From positions 1-39,320 of the forward strand of contig JBAYZV010000001.1 in NCBI GenBank assembly GCA_041672325.1: DNA of 39,320 nucleotides, given 5' to 3'. The notes below the pieces were generated by a model. It was not told where the DNA came from and did not search any database. It was given only the letters and a program-made list of their open reading frames with translations. The position numbers and the translations under genes are program-made. Below are positions 8,916-18,043 of this stretch, piece after piece (the first letter of the stretch is position 1; the number at the start of each line of letters is the position of its first letter). This stretch comes from Candidatus Izemoplasmatales bacterium (GTDB taxonomy: Bacteria; Bacillota_I; Bacilli_A; Izemoplasmatales; Hujiaoplasmataceae).

Positions 8916-10865
8916 TTGAAAACTTTTTATATAACAACACCAATTTATTATCCAAGTGGTAAATTCCATATTGGTTCAGCATATACAACTTGTTTATGCG
9001 ATAGTTTGAAAAGATACAAACAATTGCAAGGCTATGATACTAGATTTTTAACAGGTAATGATGAACATGGTCAAAAAATAGAAGAGACTGCTTTAAAGAG
9101 TAATATGAAGCCACAAGAGTTGGTAGATTATTACGCACTCTTGGCTCAAGATTTATGGAGAAAATTGGAAATTACAAACGATGACTTCATCAGAACTACT
9201 CAAAAAAGACATGAAGTAGCTGTTGAAAGTATTTTTGAAAAATTATTAAAGAATGATGATGTTTATTTAGGTGAATATACAGGTAACTATTGTGTGTCAT
9301 GTGAGTCATATTTCACTAAAACTCAACTTTTAGAAGGCGATAGATGTCCTGATTGTGGAGAAGTAACAAAAGTATTAAAAGAAGAAACATATTTTTTAAG
9401 ACTTGGTAAATACCAAGATCGTTTATTAAAATATATTGAAGATAATCCAGAATTTATTGTTCCAGAAACTAGGAAAAATGAAGTTGTTCAATTCATTAAA
9501 TCAGGTCTAAATGATTTAAGCGTATCTCGTACCGCCTTTAATTGGGGTGTGAAAGTAAAATCAAACCTTAAACATGTAGTATATGTTTGGATTGATGCTT
9601 TAAGTAATTACATCACTGCTCTAGGATACGATTCAAAAGATGATAGTTTATATCAAAAATATTGGATGAATGGTGATGAAATTATTCACGTAGTGGGAAA
9701 AGATATTTTAAGATTTCACGCTATATATTGGCCAATTATGTTAATGGCTCTAGATATTCCAATTAAGTTCAGATTATTCGCTCACGGCTGGTATTTAATG
9801 AAGGATAGTAAAATATCAAAATCAAAAGGTAATGTTATCTATCCTGAACAACTTACAGAGAAGTATGGACTAGATGCTTTTAGGTATTATATTGTTAGAG
9901 AACTTAACTATGGCCATGATGGGGCTTTTACTCCAAATGATTATATTGCTAGAATCAATACTGATTTAGTTAATGATTATGGAAACTTAGTGTCTAGGTC
10001 AATTTCTATGGTTAATAAGTACTTTAAAGGTAGTGTAAAAAACGTTTCACATTCTCATGATTATTTAAAGTATGAAGAAGAATTAAAAACTGTCGCTCAT
10101 GATGTTTTTATTAATTATCAACGTAATATGAATGAGTTTAAAATAGCTAACGCCTTACTAGAAGTTAGCGCCTTAGTAAAAAGAACAAACAAATTAATTG
10201 ATGATACATTTCCTTGGGAATTGGCTAAAGATAAGGAAAAAGCTAATGTTCTAGAATCAGTTATGTACCATCTATTAGAAAGCATCAGATTAATTACAAT
10301 CATGTATATTCCAGTTTTGATTGAAACAACTTCAAAAGTTTTTAATATGTTAAATGTTGAAAAGACAAATCAAGATTTTGCTAGTTATGAGTTCGGGAAA
10401 AAAGTTTCTTACACTGTAGTAGATAAACCAGAACATCTTTTTCCACGACTAGATCAAGAAGCGGAAGAAAAAAATATAAAAAATATGATGGAAGCAAATA
10501 AATCTCAGAAGGTTGAAGAAACGAAAATCGAAATTCTTCCTGAAATAACTATTGATGATTTTGCTAAAATTGATATTCGTGTTGGTAAAGTAATAGAAGG
10601 TAAGAACCACCCAGACGCAAAAAAACTTTTAGTTTTTAGTATTAACACTGGGGATAAAATAAGGACAATCGTATCTGGAATTGCAACCTCATATAAGCCC
10701 GAAGATTTAGTAGGGAAAAACGTATTGGTCGTTTGTAACTTAAAACCAGTTAGATTAAGAGGGGTTTTATCTGAAGGGATGATTTTGGCTGGTGAAGATA
10801 GTAATGGAAAATTGTATGTAACAGAAGTAGATAAAAAAATGAAACCTGGAGATAAAATAAGCTAG
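8916..10865 (+). CDS. metG: Methionine--tRNA ligase with C-terminal tRNA-binding (Trbp111/EMAP-like) domain
   Basis: TTG start after RBS agaggtga. HIGH motif FHIGS, Zn knuckles CVSCESYF...CPDCG, KMSKS variant KISKSKG. The C-terminal 100 aa DIRVGKV...SEGMILA is an OB-fold tRNA-binding domain. Confidence 0.93.
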   Translation: MKTFYITTPIYYPSGKFHIGSAYTTCLCDSLKRYKQLQGYDTRFLTGNDEHGQKIEETALKSNMKPQELVDYYALLAQDLWRKLEITNDDFIRTTQKRHEVAVESIFEKLLKNDDVYLGEYTGNYCVSCESYFTKTQLLEGDRCPDCGEVTKVLKEETYFLRLGKYQDRLLKYIEDNPEFIVPETRKNEVVQFIKSGLNDLSVSRTAFNWGVKVKSNLKHVVYVWIDALSNYITALGYDSKDDSLYQKYWMNGDEIIHVVGKDILRFHAIYWPIMLMALDIPIKFRLFAHGWYLMKDSKISKSKGNVIYPEQLTEKYGLDAFRYYIVRELNYGHDGAFTPNDYIARINTDLVNDYGNLVSRSISMVNKYFKGSVKNVSHSHDYLKYEEELKTVAHDVFINYQRNMNEFKIANALLEVSALVKRTNKLIDDTFPWELAKDKEKANVLESVMYHLLESIRLITIMYIPVLIETTSKVFNMLNVEKTNQDFASYEFGKKVSYTVVDKPEHLFPRLDQEAEEKNIKNMMEANKSQKVEETKIEILPEITIDDFAKIDIRVGKVIEGKNHPDAKKLLVFSINTGDKIRTIVSGIATSYKPEDLVGKNVLVVCNLKPVRLRGVLSEGMILAGEDSNGKLYVTEVDKKMKPGDKIS

Positions 10866-10895
10866 AAAAATATCTTTTAATACGGAGAATATTTG

Positions 10896-10924
10896 TTGAC
10901 TTAATTTTATACAAGTGGTATCAT
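10896..10924 (+). promoter_or_regulatory. Sigma-A-type promoter for rplM-rpsI
   Basis: TTGACT (10896-10901), 17-nt spacer, TATCAT (10919-10924), with TG at -15/-14 (extended -10). Confidence 0.6.
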
Positions 10925-10990
10925 AATAAAGGTACATTTTTTATTTTATAGCCCACTAGCTCTTTAAAAAAACTTAAGGAGGTAATTAAA

Positions 10991-11425
10991 ATGAAAACAT
11001 TCATGGCAAATGAGAATACAATTCAACGCGAGTGGTTCGTTGTTGATGCAGCAGGAGCAACATTAGGTCGTTTAGCTACAGAAGTGGCTACAGTCTTAAG
11101 AGGAAAACATAAACCAACATTTACACCACATGTAGATTGCGGTGATTACGTTATCGTTATTAACGCTGATCAAATAGTTCTTACTGGAAAAAAATGGGAT
11201 GATAAGAAATATTATACTCATTCAGGTTATCCAGGAGGATTAAAGGAAAAGACGGCTAGAGTATTAATGGCTGATAAACCAACAAGAATGGTTGAATTAG
11301 CTGTTAAAGGTATGTTGCCTAAGAATAAACTAGGAAATCAAATGTACAAAAAATTATTCGTTTATGCGGGAGCAGAACATAAACACCAGGCTCAACAACC
11401 TGTTGTTATGGAACTGAAAGGTTAG
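10991..11425 (+). CDS. rplM: 50S ribosomal protein L13
   Basis: 144 aa: [50 protein letters not shown] aaggagg. Confidence 0.97.
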   Translation: MKTFMANENTIQREWFVVDAAGATLGRLATEVATVLRGKHKPTFTPHVDCGDYVIVINADQIVLTGKKWDDKKYYTHSGYPGGLKEKTARVLMADKPTRMVELAVKGMLPKNKLGNQMYKKLFVYAGAEHKHQAQQPVVMELKG

Positions 11426-11434
11426 GAGGAAACG

Positions 11435-11830
11435 ATGGCAAAATCTGTTATGTATCGCGGAACTGGAAGAAGAAAATCTTCAGTTGCAAGAGTAATATTA
11501 AGACCTGGTGATGGTAAAATTACAGTTAATGGACGTGAGTTCAATGTATATATTCCATCAGCACTAGCAAGACTAGACGTTTCACAACCTTTAGTATTAA
11601 CCGGAAATGAAAACACATTTGATATCGCAGTTAATGTAAATGGTGGCGGACTTATTGGACAAGCAGGAGCAATCCGTTTAGGGATTACAAGAGCTTTGAT
11701 GGAAGTTAACCCTGAATACAGAAAAATTCTTAAACCAGCTGGATTAGTGACAAGAGACCCACGTGTTAAAGAACGTAAAAAATACGGTCTGAAAAAAGCA
11801 CGTAAAGCATCACAATTTAGTAAACGTTAA
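11435..11830 (+). CDS. rpsI: 30S ribosomal protein S9
   Basis: 131 aa: [14 protein letters not shown]...[19 protein letters not shown]...[25 protein letters not shown]. Confidence 0.97.
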   Translation: MAKSVMYRGTGRRKSSVARVILRPGDGKITVNGREFNVYIPSALARLDVSQPLVLTGNENTFDIAVNVNGGGLIGQAGAIRLGITRALMEVNPEYRKILKPAGLVTRDPRVKERKKYGLKKARKASQFSKR

Positions 11831-11846
11831 AATGCCAAATTTAAAA

Positions 11847-11877
11847 ACACAGGATCCCACACCCTGTGTTTTTTTAT
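11847..11877 (+). terminator. Intrinsic terminator after rpsI
   Basis: Stem acacagg (11847-11853) pairs with cctgtgt (11863-11869) and is followed by a T-run. Confidence 0.75.
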
Positions 11878-11943
11878 TTGAAAAAACATCTATTTTCAAA
11901 GTTTCTGATTTGATTACCACATCAATATTGTTAATTTATTATT

Positions 11944-11954
11944 TGTGATATATA
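11944..11954 (+). promoter_or_regulatory. Extended -10 (TRTGnTATAAT) promoter for the DUF1508 gene
   Basis: TGTG-a-TATAAT at 11944-11954, 23 nt upstream of ATG 11977. RBS aaggtga. Confidence 0.55.
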
Positions 11955-11976
11955 ATGTAATCAAGAAGGTGATATT

Positions 11977-12903
11977 ATGTGTTGGTTTTTTAAAAAGAAA
12001 AAGGTCTCTAATATAAGTCATAATGACTCAGTTACTCCTACAAGTAAAACAAACAGTGACATAAAAATCGAAACTAAACAAGTTTTCCCTGCTAAAGAAG
12101 ATGTCAAACCATTTGATAACACTAATAAGAGTACTAAACCTATTACACCTACCAAGACTAATAAAGAATCCAAAAAAGAAGTTAATACTAACTATTCAGG
12201 CAAATATGAAGTATATCAAGAAGCCGGATCATATAAATATAGATTAAAGGCTTCTAATGGAGAAATATTAGCTGTATCATTGAGATATACTACCGAAAGA
12301 GGCGCTCTATTAGGAATTGATACTTTTAAGAAGAACGTCGAACAAGGAGTTTTTGATATTTATACTGACAAGAACGGTTTTTCTCAGTACCATCTTTATA
12401 CAAACAATAAATCTAGAGTAATTATTGTAGGAGAATTTTATAATGGCGTAAAACAAGCTGAATCAGCAGTAGATTCTGTTAAGAAGTTTTATAATACTCT
12501 TCAAATTGATATAATAGAAAAACTTCCTGATGATGAAGTTCGCGAAGAATTAGTTGAATTCGAAAAGATAGAAGAAAGTACGCTAGGAAAATATGAAATC
12601 TATAAAGATGAGAAATCATATTATATTAGATTAAAAGCTAATAATTCTCAAGTTTTGTTTGTTTCGTCTGGTTATTCATCTAAGCCTTCTGCAAAAAAAG
12701 GCTTGGAAACAATAAAAAGTGCAATAGAAGAAAATAGATTTTCTGTATCAAGAGATAAGCAAAATCGTTATCAATTTAACCTTTACTCATCAGCGAATCA
12801 ATTAATCTTAACCGGTGAAACTTATTCTCAAAAAAGTAATTGTATATCGGCAATAAATTCCGTTAGAAAGTTTGCGCCTAAAGCAAAAATCATAGAGTTA
12901 TAA
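11977..12903 (+). CDS. YegP-like protein with four DUF1508 repeats and a disordered K/T/N/S-rich N-terminal region
   Basis: Four copies of the pattern G(K/F)YE.Y....Y.(Y/F).LKA.N...(L/I)..S..Y......(G/A)(I/L)..(V/I)(K/R), e.g. GKYEVYQEAGSYKYRLKASNGEILAVSLRY and GKYEIYKDEKSYYIRLKANNSQVLFVSSGY. These match E. coli YegP-type repeats. The first 73 aa or so are low-complexity, with no signal peptide or TM. Confidence 0.8.
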   Translation: MCWFFKKKKVSNISHNDSVTPTSKTNSDIKIETKQVFPAKEDVKPFDNTNKSTKPITPTKTNKESKKEVNTNYSGKYEVYQEAGSYKYRLKASNGEILAVSLRYTTERGALLGIDTFKKNVEQGVFDIYTDKNGFSQYHLYTNNKSRVIIVGEFYNGVKQAESAVDSVKKFYNTLQIDIIEKLPDDEVREELVEFEKIEESTLGKYEIYKDEKSYYIRLKANNSQVLFVSSGYSSKPSAKKGLETIKSAIEENRFSVSRDKQNRYQFNLYSSANQLILTGETYSQKSNCISAINSVRKFAPKAKIIEL

Positions 12904-12920
12904 AAATTCTTTATTTTAAT

Positions 12921-12949
12921 CACTAGCGGAATAATGCTAGTGTTTTTTT
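12921..12949 (+). terminator. Intrinsic terminator after the DUF1508 gene
   Basis: Stem cactagc (12921-12927) pairs with gctagtg (12936-12942), followed by T7. Confidence 0.75.
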
Positions 12950-13024
12950 GCGTTTTAGGTTTACGTTCTAGATATACTTATTTTTCTATATGTGGTACAA
13001 TTATTATAAATTCGGGAGAAAAAT

Positions 13025-14545
13025 ATGAAAAGAATATTTGTGATTTTAGCTTTAGGTGTAGTCGGGTTATTTGTTTATACATTAACTTTAGTGCAGTATA
13101 CATACGTTACATCTTTAGCATCTGTTTTCCGTTCGAAAACGGTGCTTTATATTATGGCTGGGATGTTCTGGTTTTTGGCTCTAGGCGTTGTGATTAGAGT
13201 TTTATTAAAATCTAGTTATGCATATAATAAAAGTTATTGGATTCTAATCATTGTTCTAAATCCAATTCTTGGCGTTTTTCTTTATTATATTTTTGCTCGT
13301 GACTTCCAAACTCATAAGTTTTGGAAAACAAGACCCTTGATAGCGAAAAAAGCATTTCTTGGTTTAGAAGAAATTACCCAGATTGATTATGAGAGTTATG
13401 AATATGGAGATATCTTCAAGTTCATTAGCACCACTACCGGAAGAGCGATTTATAAAGATGATACTTATGTTGAAATACTTGATAATGGTGATAAGTTTTT
13501 CCCTAGGCTAATGAAAGAACTAGAATTAGCCAAAGATTATATTTTTATGGAATTCTATATTGTTAAAAATGATAATATCGGAAAAAAAGTACTAGATATA
13601 TTAAAAAAGAAAGCGATAGAAGGTGTTGATGTTTATTTGATTTACGATCATTTTGGTTCAAATAAACATTTGCAACATCGATATATGGTTGGGTTAAAAA
13701 AAGCTGGTGTTAAAATAGGCGTTTTTGATCCGCAAACAATTTCAATATTTAATTCGAATGTTAATTTTAGAAATCATCGAAAGTCTATAGTTATTGATGG
13801 AGTTGTAGGGTTTATAGGTGGAATGAATCTTGGTGATGAATATAATCATCAAGATCCTAAATTCGGATTTTGGCGCGATACTCATGTATTTATTAGTGGA
13901 AATGGCGTTTCTGGATTACAAAATGTATTTGTAAAAGATTGGTATTATATCACAGGCGATGTTTTAGATAAACCATTAGATAAAACAAAACAAAAGCTTT
14001 CTGGGTTCTTTAGTGTTATTGAATCAGGTCCTGATTTTGAAAATGGATTGATTAAAGATGTTTATTTAAAAATGATAGCTAGAGCTAAGAAAAATGTGAA
14101 AATAGTAACTCCTTATTTAATTATCGAACCAGAGATTTTATCAGCTCTAAAGATAGCTTCCAAATCTGGAATAAAAATAGAATTATTATTGCCAGGCAAA
14201 CACGATTATTTTACTGTTGGGTTTGCGACACAATCCTATTATGAACAATTATTGTTAATTGGCGTAAAAATTTATGAATATACAAATACTTTTGTTCATT
14301 CAAAAATATTAATAATTGATGATAAAGTTGCTAGCGTTGGATCTGTCAATCTAGATCCGCGTAGCTTTCATTTGAATTTTGAAGTGACAAGCGTTTTTGA
14401 AAATGATTCTGTGGATGATTTAGTTAAAAGCTTTATAAACGATATATCAAAATCAAAACAAGTAGAACTAAAAGAGTGGCAAAAACGTGGAATAATTAAA
14501 CGAATTGTACAAGGTTGGTTTAATTTATTTAGTCCAATGTTCTAA
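13025..14545 (+). CDS. cls: Cardiolipin synthase (PLD superfamily)
   Basis: Two N-terminal TM helices and two HKD motifs (NHRKSIVIDG and HSKILIIDDKVASVGSVNLD). 506 aa. RBS gggaga. Confidence 0.9.
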   Translation: MKRIFVILALGVVGLFVYTLTLVQYTYVTSLASVFRSKTVLYIMAGMFWFLALGVVIRVLLKSSYAYNKSYWILIIVLNPILGVFLYYIFARDFQTHKFWKTRPLIAKKAFLGLEEITQIDYESYEYGDIFKFISTTTGRAIYKDDTYVEILDNGDKFFPRLMKELELAKDYIFMEFYIVKNDNIGKKVLDILKKKAIEGVDVYLIYDHFGSNKHLQHRYMVGLKKAGVKIGVFDPQTISIFNSNVNFRNHRKSIVIDGVVGFIGGMNLGDEYNHQDPKFGFWRDTHVFISGNGVSGLQNVFVKDWYYITGDVLDKPLDKTKQKLSGFFSVIESGPDFENGLIKDVYLKMIARAKKNVKIVTPYLIIEPEILSALKIASKSGIKIELLLPGKHDYFTVGFATQSYYEQLLLIGVKIYEYTNTFVHSKILIIDDKVASVGSVNLDPRSFHLNFEVTSVFENDSVDDLVKSFINDISKSKQVELKEWQKRGIIKRIVQGWFNLFSPMF

Positions 14546-14560
14546 GCAGGGGGTATTTAA

Positions 14561-15799
14561 TTGAGCGATTTTGAAAGAATAATTTTAATTATCTTATTAG
14601 TTTTGGTTCTTATCACACTAGTATTAGTTATTATCAATTATAGTTTGGATAGAAAAAAAGGAAATATAGACGATTTAATTAAAGGTGAACTAAAAGATTT
14701 AGAGATATCTTTAACTAATAATATTAGTTCAAATCTACTTGATATGACTAATAAAGTTAATCATCAGTTATTAACTTCTGGCGATATCTCAAATAAGAAT
14801 ATTTCTGAATTGAAAGATAGATTCAATACTACCATGACTGACTTTCAAGTAAAGCTTAATGATCGTTTTAATCATGAATTTCAAGTTTTATCTCAATCTA
14901 TTGATAAGAGAATGAATAACATTAACGAAAAAGTTGAAGAAAGATTAGATAAGGGTTTTAAAGATGCAAATTCAACTTTTGTTAATATCGCAAAAAGAGT
15001 TGAGGTTATTGATGAAGCTCAAAAAAATATTCAAATTTTATCAGAAGAAATGATTTCTTTAAATAATATTCTTTCAAATAACCAAGCTAGAGGTTCTTAT
15101 GGTGAATATCAATTAAATCAATTGTTGTATTCGATTTTTGGTCATAATAATAAGTTGTATAAGACACAATATACAATTAAAGAAGACAAAGAAGTTGTAA
15201 GGGCTGATGCAGTTATCTTTATGCCTGAACCAAATGGCATGATTGCGATTGATTCTAAGTTTCCTTACTCTTCTTATTCCAAACTTTTTGATAATAAAGG
15301 TTTAACAAAAGAAGAGGAACAAAAATTGATTTCTCAGTTCGGTCAAGAAGTTAAAAAACATATTACAGATATTGCGAGAAAGTATATTAATCCACCTATG
15401 ACTACTGACTATGCTTTAATGTTTGTGCCTAGTGACGGAATACTAGCTTTGTTACACTCCAATTTGCAGAATGTAGTTGAATATGCTAGAGAAAAGTTCA
15501 TCACCATAGTATCACCAACAACAATAATTCCTTTGATATCATCTTTTAAAGCTTTTGTGATTGACTCAGAAAGAAACAAATACACTAAACAAATTACTGA
15601 TGAGTTAATCAAACTAAGTAAAGAATTCAATCGTTTTACAGATGAATGGTTAAAACTAACTCGAGCAATCGACTTAATAAAGAAAAATTCTGACTCTGTA
15701 AACTTTAGAGTAGAGAAGATATCTTCTAAATTTACTGATATAAAAAATGTTGGAATTGAAAGCGGTATTGCCAAAAAGGGTGCAAATGACGAGTTATAA
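14561..15799 (+). CDS. rmuC: DNA recombination protein RmuC (membrane-anchored, coiled-coil, PD-(D/E)xK nuclease-like)
   Basis: TTG start after RBS aggggg. N-terminal TM IILIILLVLVLITLVLVII, a long coiled-coil, and the conserved RmuC core NQARGSYGEYQL...ADAVIFMPEPNGMIAIDSKFP. Lies 15 nt after cls, so probably co-transcribed. Confidence 0.88.
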   Translation: MSDFERIILIILLVLVLITLVLVIINYSLDRKKGNIDDLIKGELKDLEISLTNNISSNLLDMTNKVNHQLLTSGDISNKNISELKDRFNTTMTDFQVKLNDRFNHEFQVLSQSIDKRMNNINEKVEERLDKGFKDANSTFVNIAKRVEVIDEAQKNIQILSEEMISLNNILSNNQARGSYGEYQLNQLLYSIFGHNNKLYKTQYTIKEDKEVVRADAVIFMPEPNGMIAIDSKFPYSSYSKLFDNKGLTKEEEQKLISQFGQEVKKHITDIARKYINPPMTTDYALMFVPSDGILALLHSNLQNVVEYAREKFITIVSPTTIIPLISSFKAFVIDSERNKYTKQITDELIKLSKEFNRFTDEWLKLTRAIDLIKKNSDSVNFRVEKISSKFTDIKNVGIESGIAKKGANDEL

Positions 15800-15832
15800 A
15801 ACGTTTATTGACGCCAAATTGGTAATTTTAAC

Positions 15833-15861
15833 TTGCAATTTTTTTTAATAGTAGTTATAAT
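15833..15861 (+). promoter_or_regulatory. Sigma-A-type promoter for the cold-shock protein gene
   Basis: TTGCAA (15833-15838), 17-nt spacer, TATAAT (15856-15861). Confidence 0.6.
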
Positions 15862-15893
15862 AAGGTAGTACTAAATATATAAAGGAGATTTAA

Positions 15894-16091
15894 ATGAACG
15901 GAACAGTAAAATGGTTTAACGCAGAAAAAGGTTATGGTTTCATCACTGATGAACAAGGCAATGATATTTTTGCACACTACTCAGCAATTCAAGGTGAAGG
16001 TTACAAATCTTTGGAAAACGGTCAAGCAGTAACGTTTGACGTTGTTGATGGAGATAGAGGACCTCAAGCTGCTAATATAGTGAGATTATAG
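15894..16091 (+). CDS. cspA: Cold-shock protein (CspA family)
   Basis: 65 aa with RNP1 KGYGFI and RNP2 DIFAH motifs: [34 protein letters not shown] aaggaga. Confidence 0.96.
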   Translation: MNGTVKWFNAEKGYGFITDEQGNDIFAHYSAIQGEGYKSLENGQAVTFDVVDGDRGPQAANIVRL

Positions 16092-16113
16092 TAACTGACA
16101 GTTAAACATAATA

Positions 16114-16160
16114 AAAAAACAAAAGGTCACCATAAAAGTGACCTTTTGCTTTTTATTTTT
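16114..16160. terminator. Bidirectional intrinsic terminator between convergent cspA and the ABC-2 operon
   Basis: 10-bp stem aaaaggtcac (16121-16130) pairs with gtgacctttt (16138-16147). An A-run lies upstream and T-runs downstream. Confidence 0.8.
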
Positions 16161-16164
16161 ATTC

Positions 16165-16980
16165 TTAGATAGTGAGACTTTTTTTATTAAAAATTAAAAT
16201 ACTTAAACAGTATATTAAAATACCAACAACTAAAGTGATGCTACCAGTTAATAATGTGTAGCTTGTTGAACTGAATATTTTATCAGTATCAACTAAACTT
16301 AGAAATGTAGAAAAACGAAGTATGTTAAGTTTATTTCCTAGTTTTGTTATCATATTCATAATGAATAAATAACCTACAAAAGCGCTACTTAAGCCAATAG
16401 CTTTACCATAATCACTATTGAGTATGGAGATCAAATACACTAGTGCGCTAACTGTAGTGAGCACGGCGAATAAAACAAAGTTTAAACCAATAAAATTTCC
16501 AATCATTAAATGGCCTTTAAAAGCTATTTCAGAAATGATAATAATTATGATTACATTAATTGCAATTAAAAAAAAGAGGTTTATAAATAAAGTAAAAGCT
16601 TGAGTTGTTGCGATTTTGACCCTAGAGTTAGGTGTAGTTAAAAGATAAGCCATAGATGAATCATCAACTTGTTTGGCTATTAACTTATTGCCTAACATGA
16701 CAATGAATATCATCGGAAAAATAAAGAAAACAAAGCCATATAAATAGGTTGCTAAATATCCTGTAAGTTCGGATCCGAAATCAGTAAATCCCATCATTTG
16801 AACTACGGTTTGTGGTAAAACATCAACAAATTGTTGCAAGAGTTCCGATGTTTCTGGGTTAAACATCGCTGTAGCTAATATTGAATACATTAATGTAATA
16901 CTTAAAAATGAGAGAAACATCATAATGTTAGATTTTAGATTATATATTAACAAATGTTTATTCATTGTGTTCATCTCCAT
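16165..16980 (-). CDS. ABC-2 type exporter permease
   Basis: 271-aa protein with about 6 predicted TM helices and no other motifs. Overlaps the upstream ATPase gene by 23 nt. Substrate unknown. Confidence 0.75.
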   Translation of the reverse strand: MEMNTMNKHLLIYNLKSNIMMFLSFLSITLMYSILATAMFNPETSELLQQFVDVLPQTVVQMMGFTDFGSELTGYLATYLYGFVFFIFPMIFIVMLGNKLIAKQVDDSSMAYLLTTPNSRVKIATTQAFTLFINLFFLIAINVIIIIIISEIAFKGHLMIGNFIGLNFVLFAVLTTVSALVYLISILNSDYGKAIGLSSAFVGYLFIMNMITKLGNKLNILRFSTFLSLVDTDKIFSSTSYTLLTGSITLVVGILIYCLSILIFNKKSLTI

Positions 16981-17836
16981 AATACTTCATGAAAATATCT
17001 TCAATTGATCTTTTAATAGAAGTGATTTTAATTACTTTAAACTTCTGTAATTCATTGAAAAAGAGCTCATAATTGTGTTTAACCCAAACTTGATAAATAT
17101 TATCCTTAACGTGATTAATTTTTAAACTGGTTTGTAGAATTAAATTGTTTTCTTTTTCCAGAGTTACTTCAAAAATATCTGCAGTTTGTTGCTTTAAAGA
17201 TAAGATATCTTCAAGAGCAACTAAGTGTCCATTTTTAATGATTCCTGCTCTGTCACATACTTTTTCTACCTCTTCAAAAATATGAGAAGAAAGTAAAATG
17301 GTTTTTCCGCGAAGTTTTTCCTCTTTAATAAGGTCCAGAAAAATATTTTGCATTAGTGGATCAAGTCCCGAAGTTGGTTCGTCTAGAATCAGAATTTCAG
17401 GGTCATGCATAAAAGCTGCTACAATAGCCAATTTTTGCTTGGTACCTTTAGACATTTTTTTAATATAAATGTTGGTGTCAAGTTTAAATCTTTCTTCTAG
17501 GCGCTCTCTAAATGTAAAGTCATTTAGATTTCTAAGTTTAGCCAATAAATCTAGAAACTCTTTTCCTCTTAAACTATTATAAAAAGCGATTTCACCTGGT
17601 AGAAAACCAATGCTTTTATTAATCTCTTCAGTGTTTATTCTAGAGTTTATACCATTAATCAAAACTTCTCCGCTACTAGCGTTTGTAAACCCAAGAATAT
17701 TTCTAATCGTGGTAGTTTTTCCAGCTCCGTTAGGACCTAAATATCCAAATACCTCACCTTTCTTTATCGAAAAGTTTAGATTGAACACTCCTTTACCGGA
17801 TTTATAAGTTTGAGTCAAATTGATAATGTCAATCAT
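16958..17836 (-). CDS. ABC transporter ATP-binding protein (ABC-2/DrrA-like subfamily)
   Basis: Walker A GPNGAGKTT, signature MSKGTKQKL, Walker B LILDEPTSGLD, H-loop SSHIF, plus the C-terminal regulatory extension typical of the CcmA/DrrA type. Confidence 0.88.
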   Translation of the reverse strand: MIDIINLTQTYKSGKGVFNLNFSIKKGEVFGYLGPNGAGKTTTIRNILGFTNASSGEVLINGINSRINTEEINKSIGFLPGEIAFYNSLRGKEFLDLLAKLRNLNDFTFRERLEERFKLDTNIYIKKMSKGTKQKLAIVAAFMHDPEILILDEPTSGLDPLMQNIFLDLIKEEKLRGKTILLSSHIFEEVEKVCDRAGIIKNGHLVALEDILSLKQQTADIFEVTLEKENNLILQTSLKINHVKDNIYQVWVKHNYELFFNELQKFKVIKITSIKRSIEDIFMKYYGDEHNE

Positions 17837-17957
17837 TTATATCACCTCTTACATAAAAAAATATAGTGATATTATAATACATTTTTAGTCTTTTTATTTA
17901 ATTTTCCAACAATAATTTGTAAATTTATTGCGTTGTACTAGATATCAGTGGTTTTAC

Positions 17958-17986
17958 TTGTAAAATAGTTATTTTTCAACTATAAT
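17958..17986 (+). promoter_or_regulatory. Candidate sigma-A promoter for the cysS-mrnC-rlmB-sigH-like operon
   Basis: TTGTAA (17958-17963), 17-nt spacer, TATAAT (17981-17986). Confidence 0.5.
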
Positions 17987-18043
17987 TATTATGTTTATTA
18001 AAAGAAAGGATAAGTATGCTCTAAATAATGGAATTAACAAATA

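Noticed and set aside
10925-10990. L13 leader RNA upstream of rplM
   Set aside because: The 66 nt or so between the promoter and the start codon show no convincing helices, only a 3-4 bp agc/gct pairing. I could not support a structured leader by eye.
12934-13197. 87-aa ORF overlapping the 5' end of cls
   Set aside because: It is out of frame with, and largely inside, the cardiolipin synthase gene, which has a proper RBS at 13025. The ORF begins inside the upstream terminator tail and has no RBS.
15409-15774. 121-aa ORF antisense to rmuC, and the similar short antisense or shadow ORFs in the track (2805..3083, 3378..3587, 10118..10303, 11422..11616, 16418..16603, 17610..17807, 20069..20320, 20384..20572, 21038..21253, 21968..22228, 29114..29296, 29565..29792, 30453..30659, 31680..31898, 34004..34219, 35676..35888, 37874..38137)
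   Set aside because: All overlap well-supported genes on the opposite strand or in another frame. They lack RBS or promoter signals and give low-complexity translations.
17837-18043. T-box or other riboswitch upstream of cysS
   Set aside because: The 207-nt spacer is almost pure AT. It has no specifier-loop or T-box (AANNNGGGTGGTACCGCG-like) sequence and no terminator/antiterminator pair. Only promoter-like hexamers are visible.
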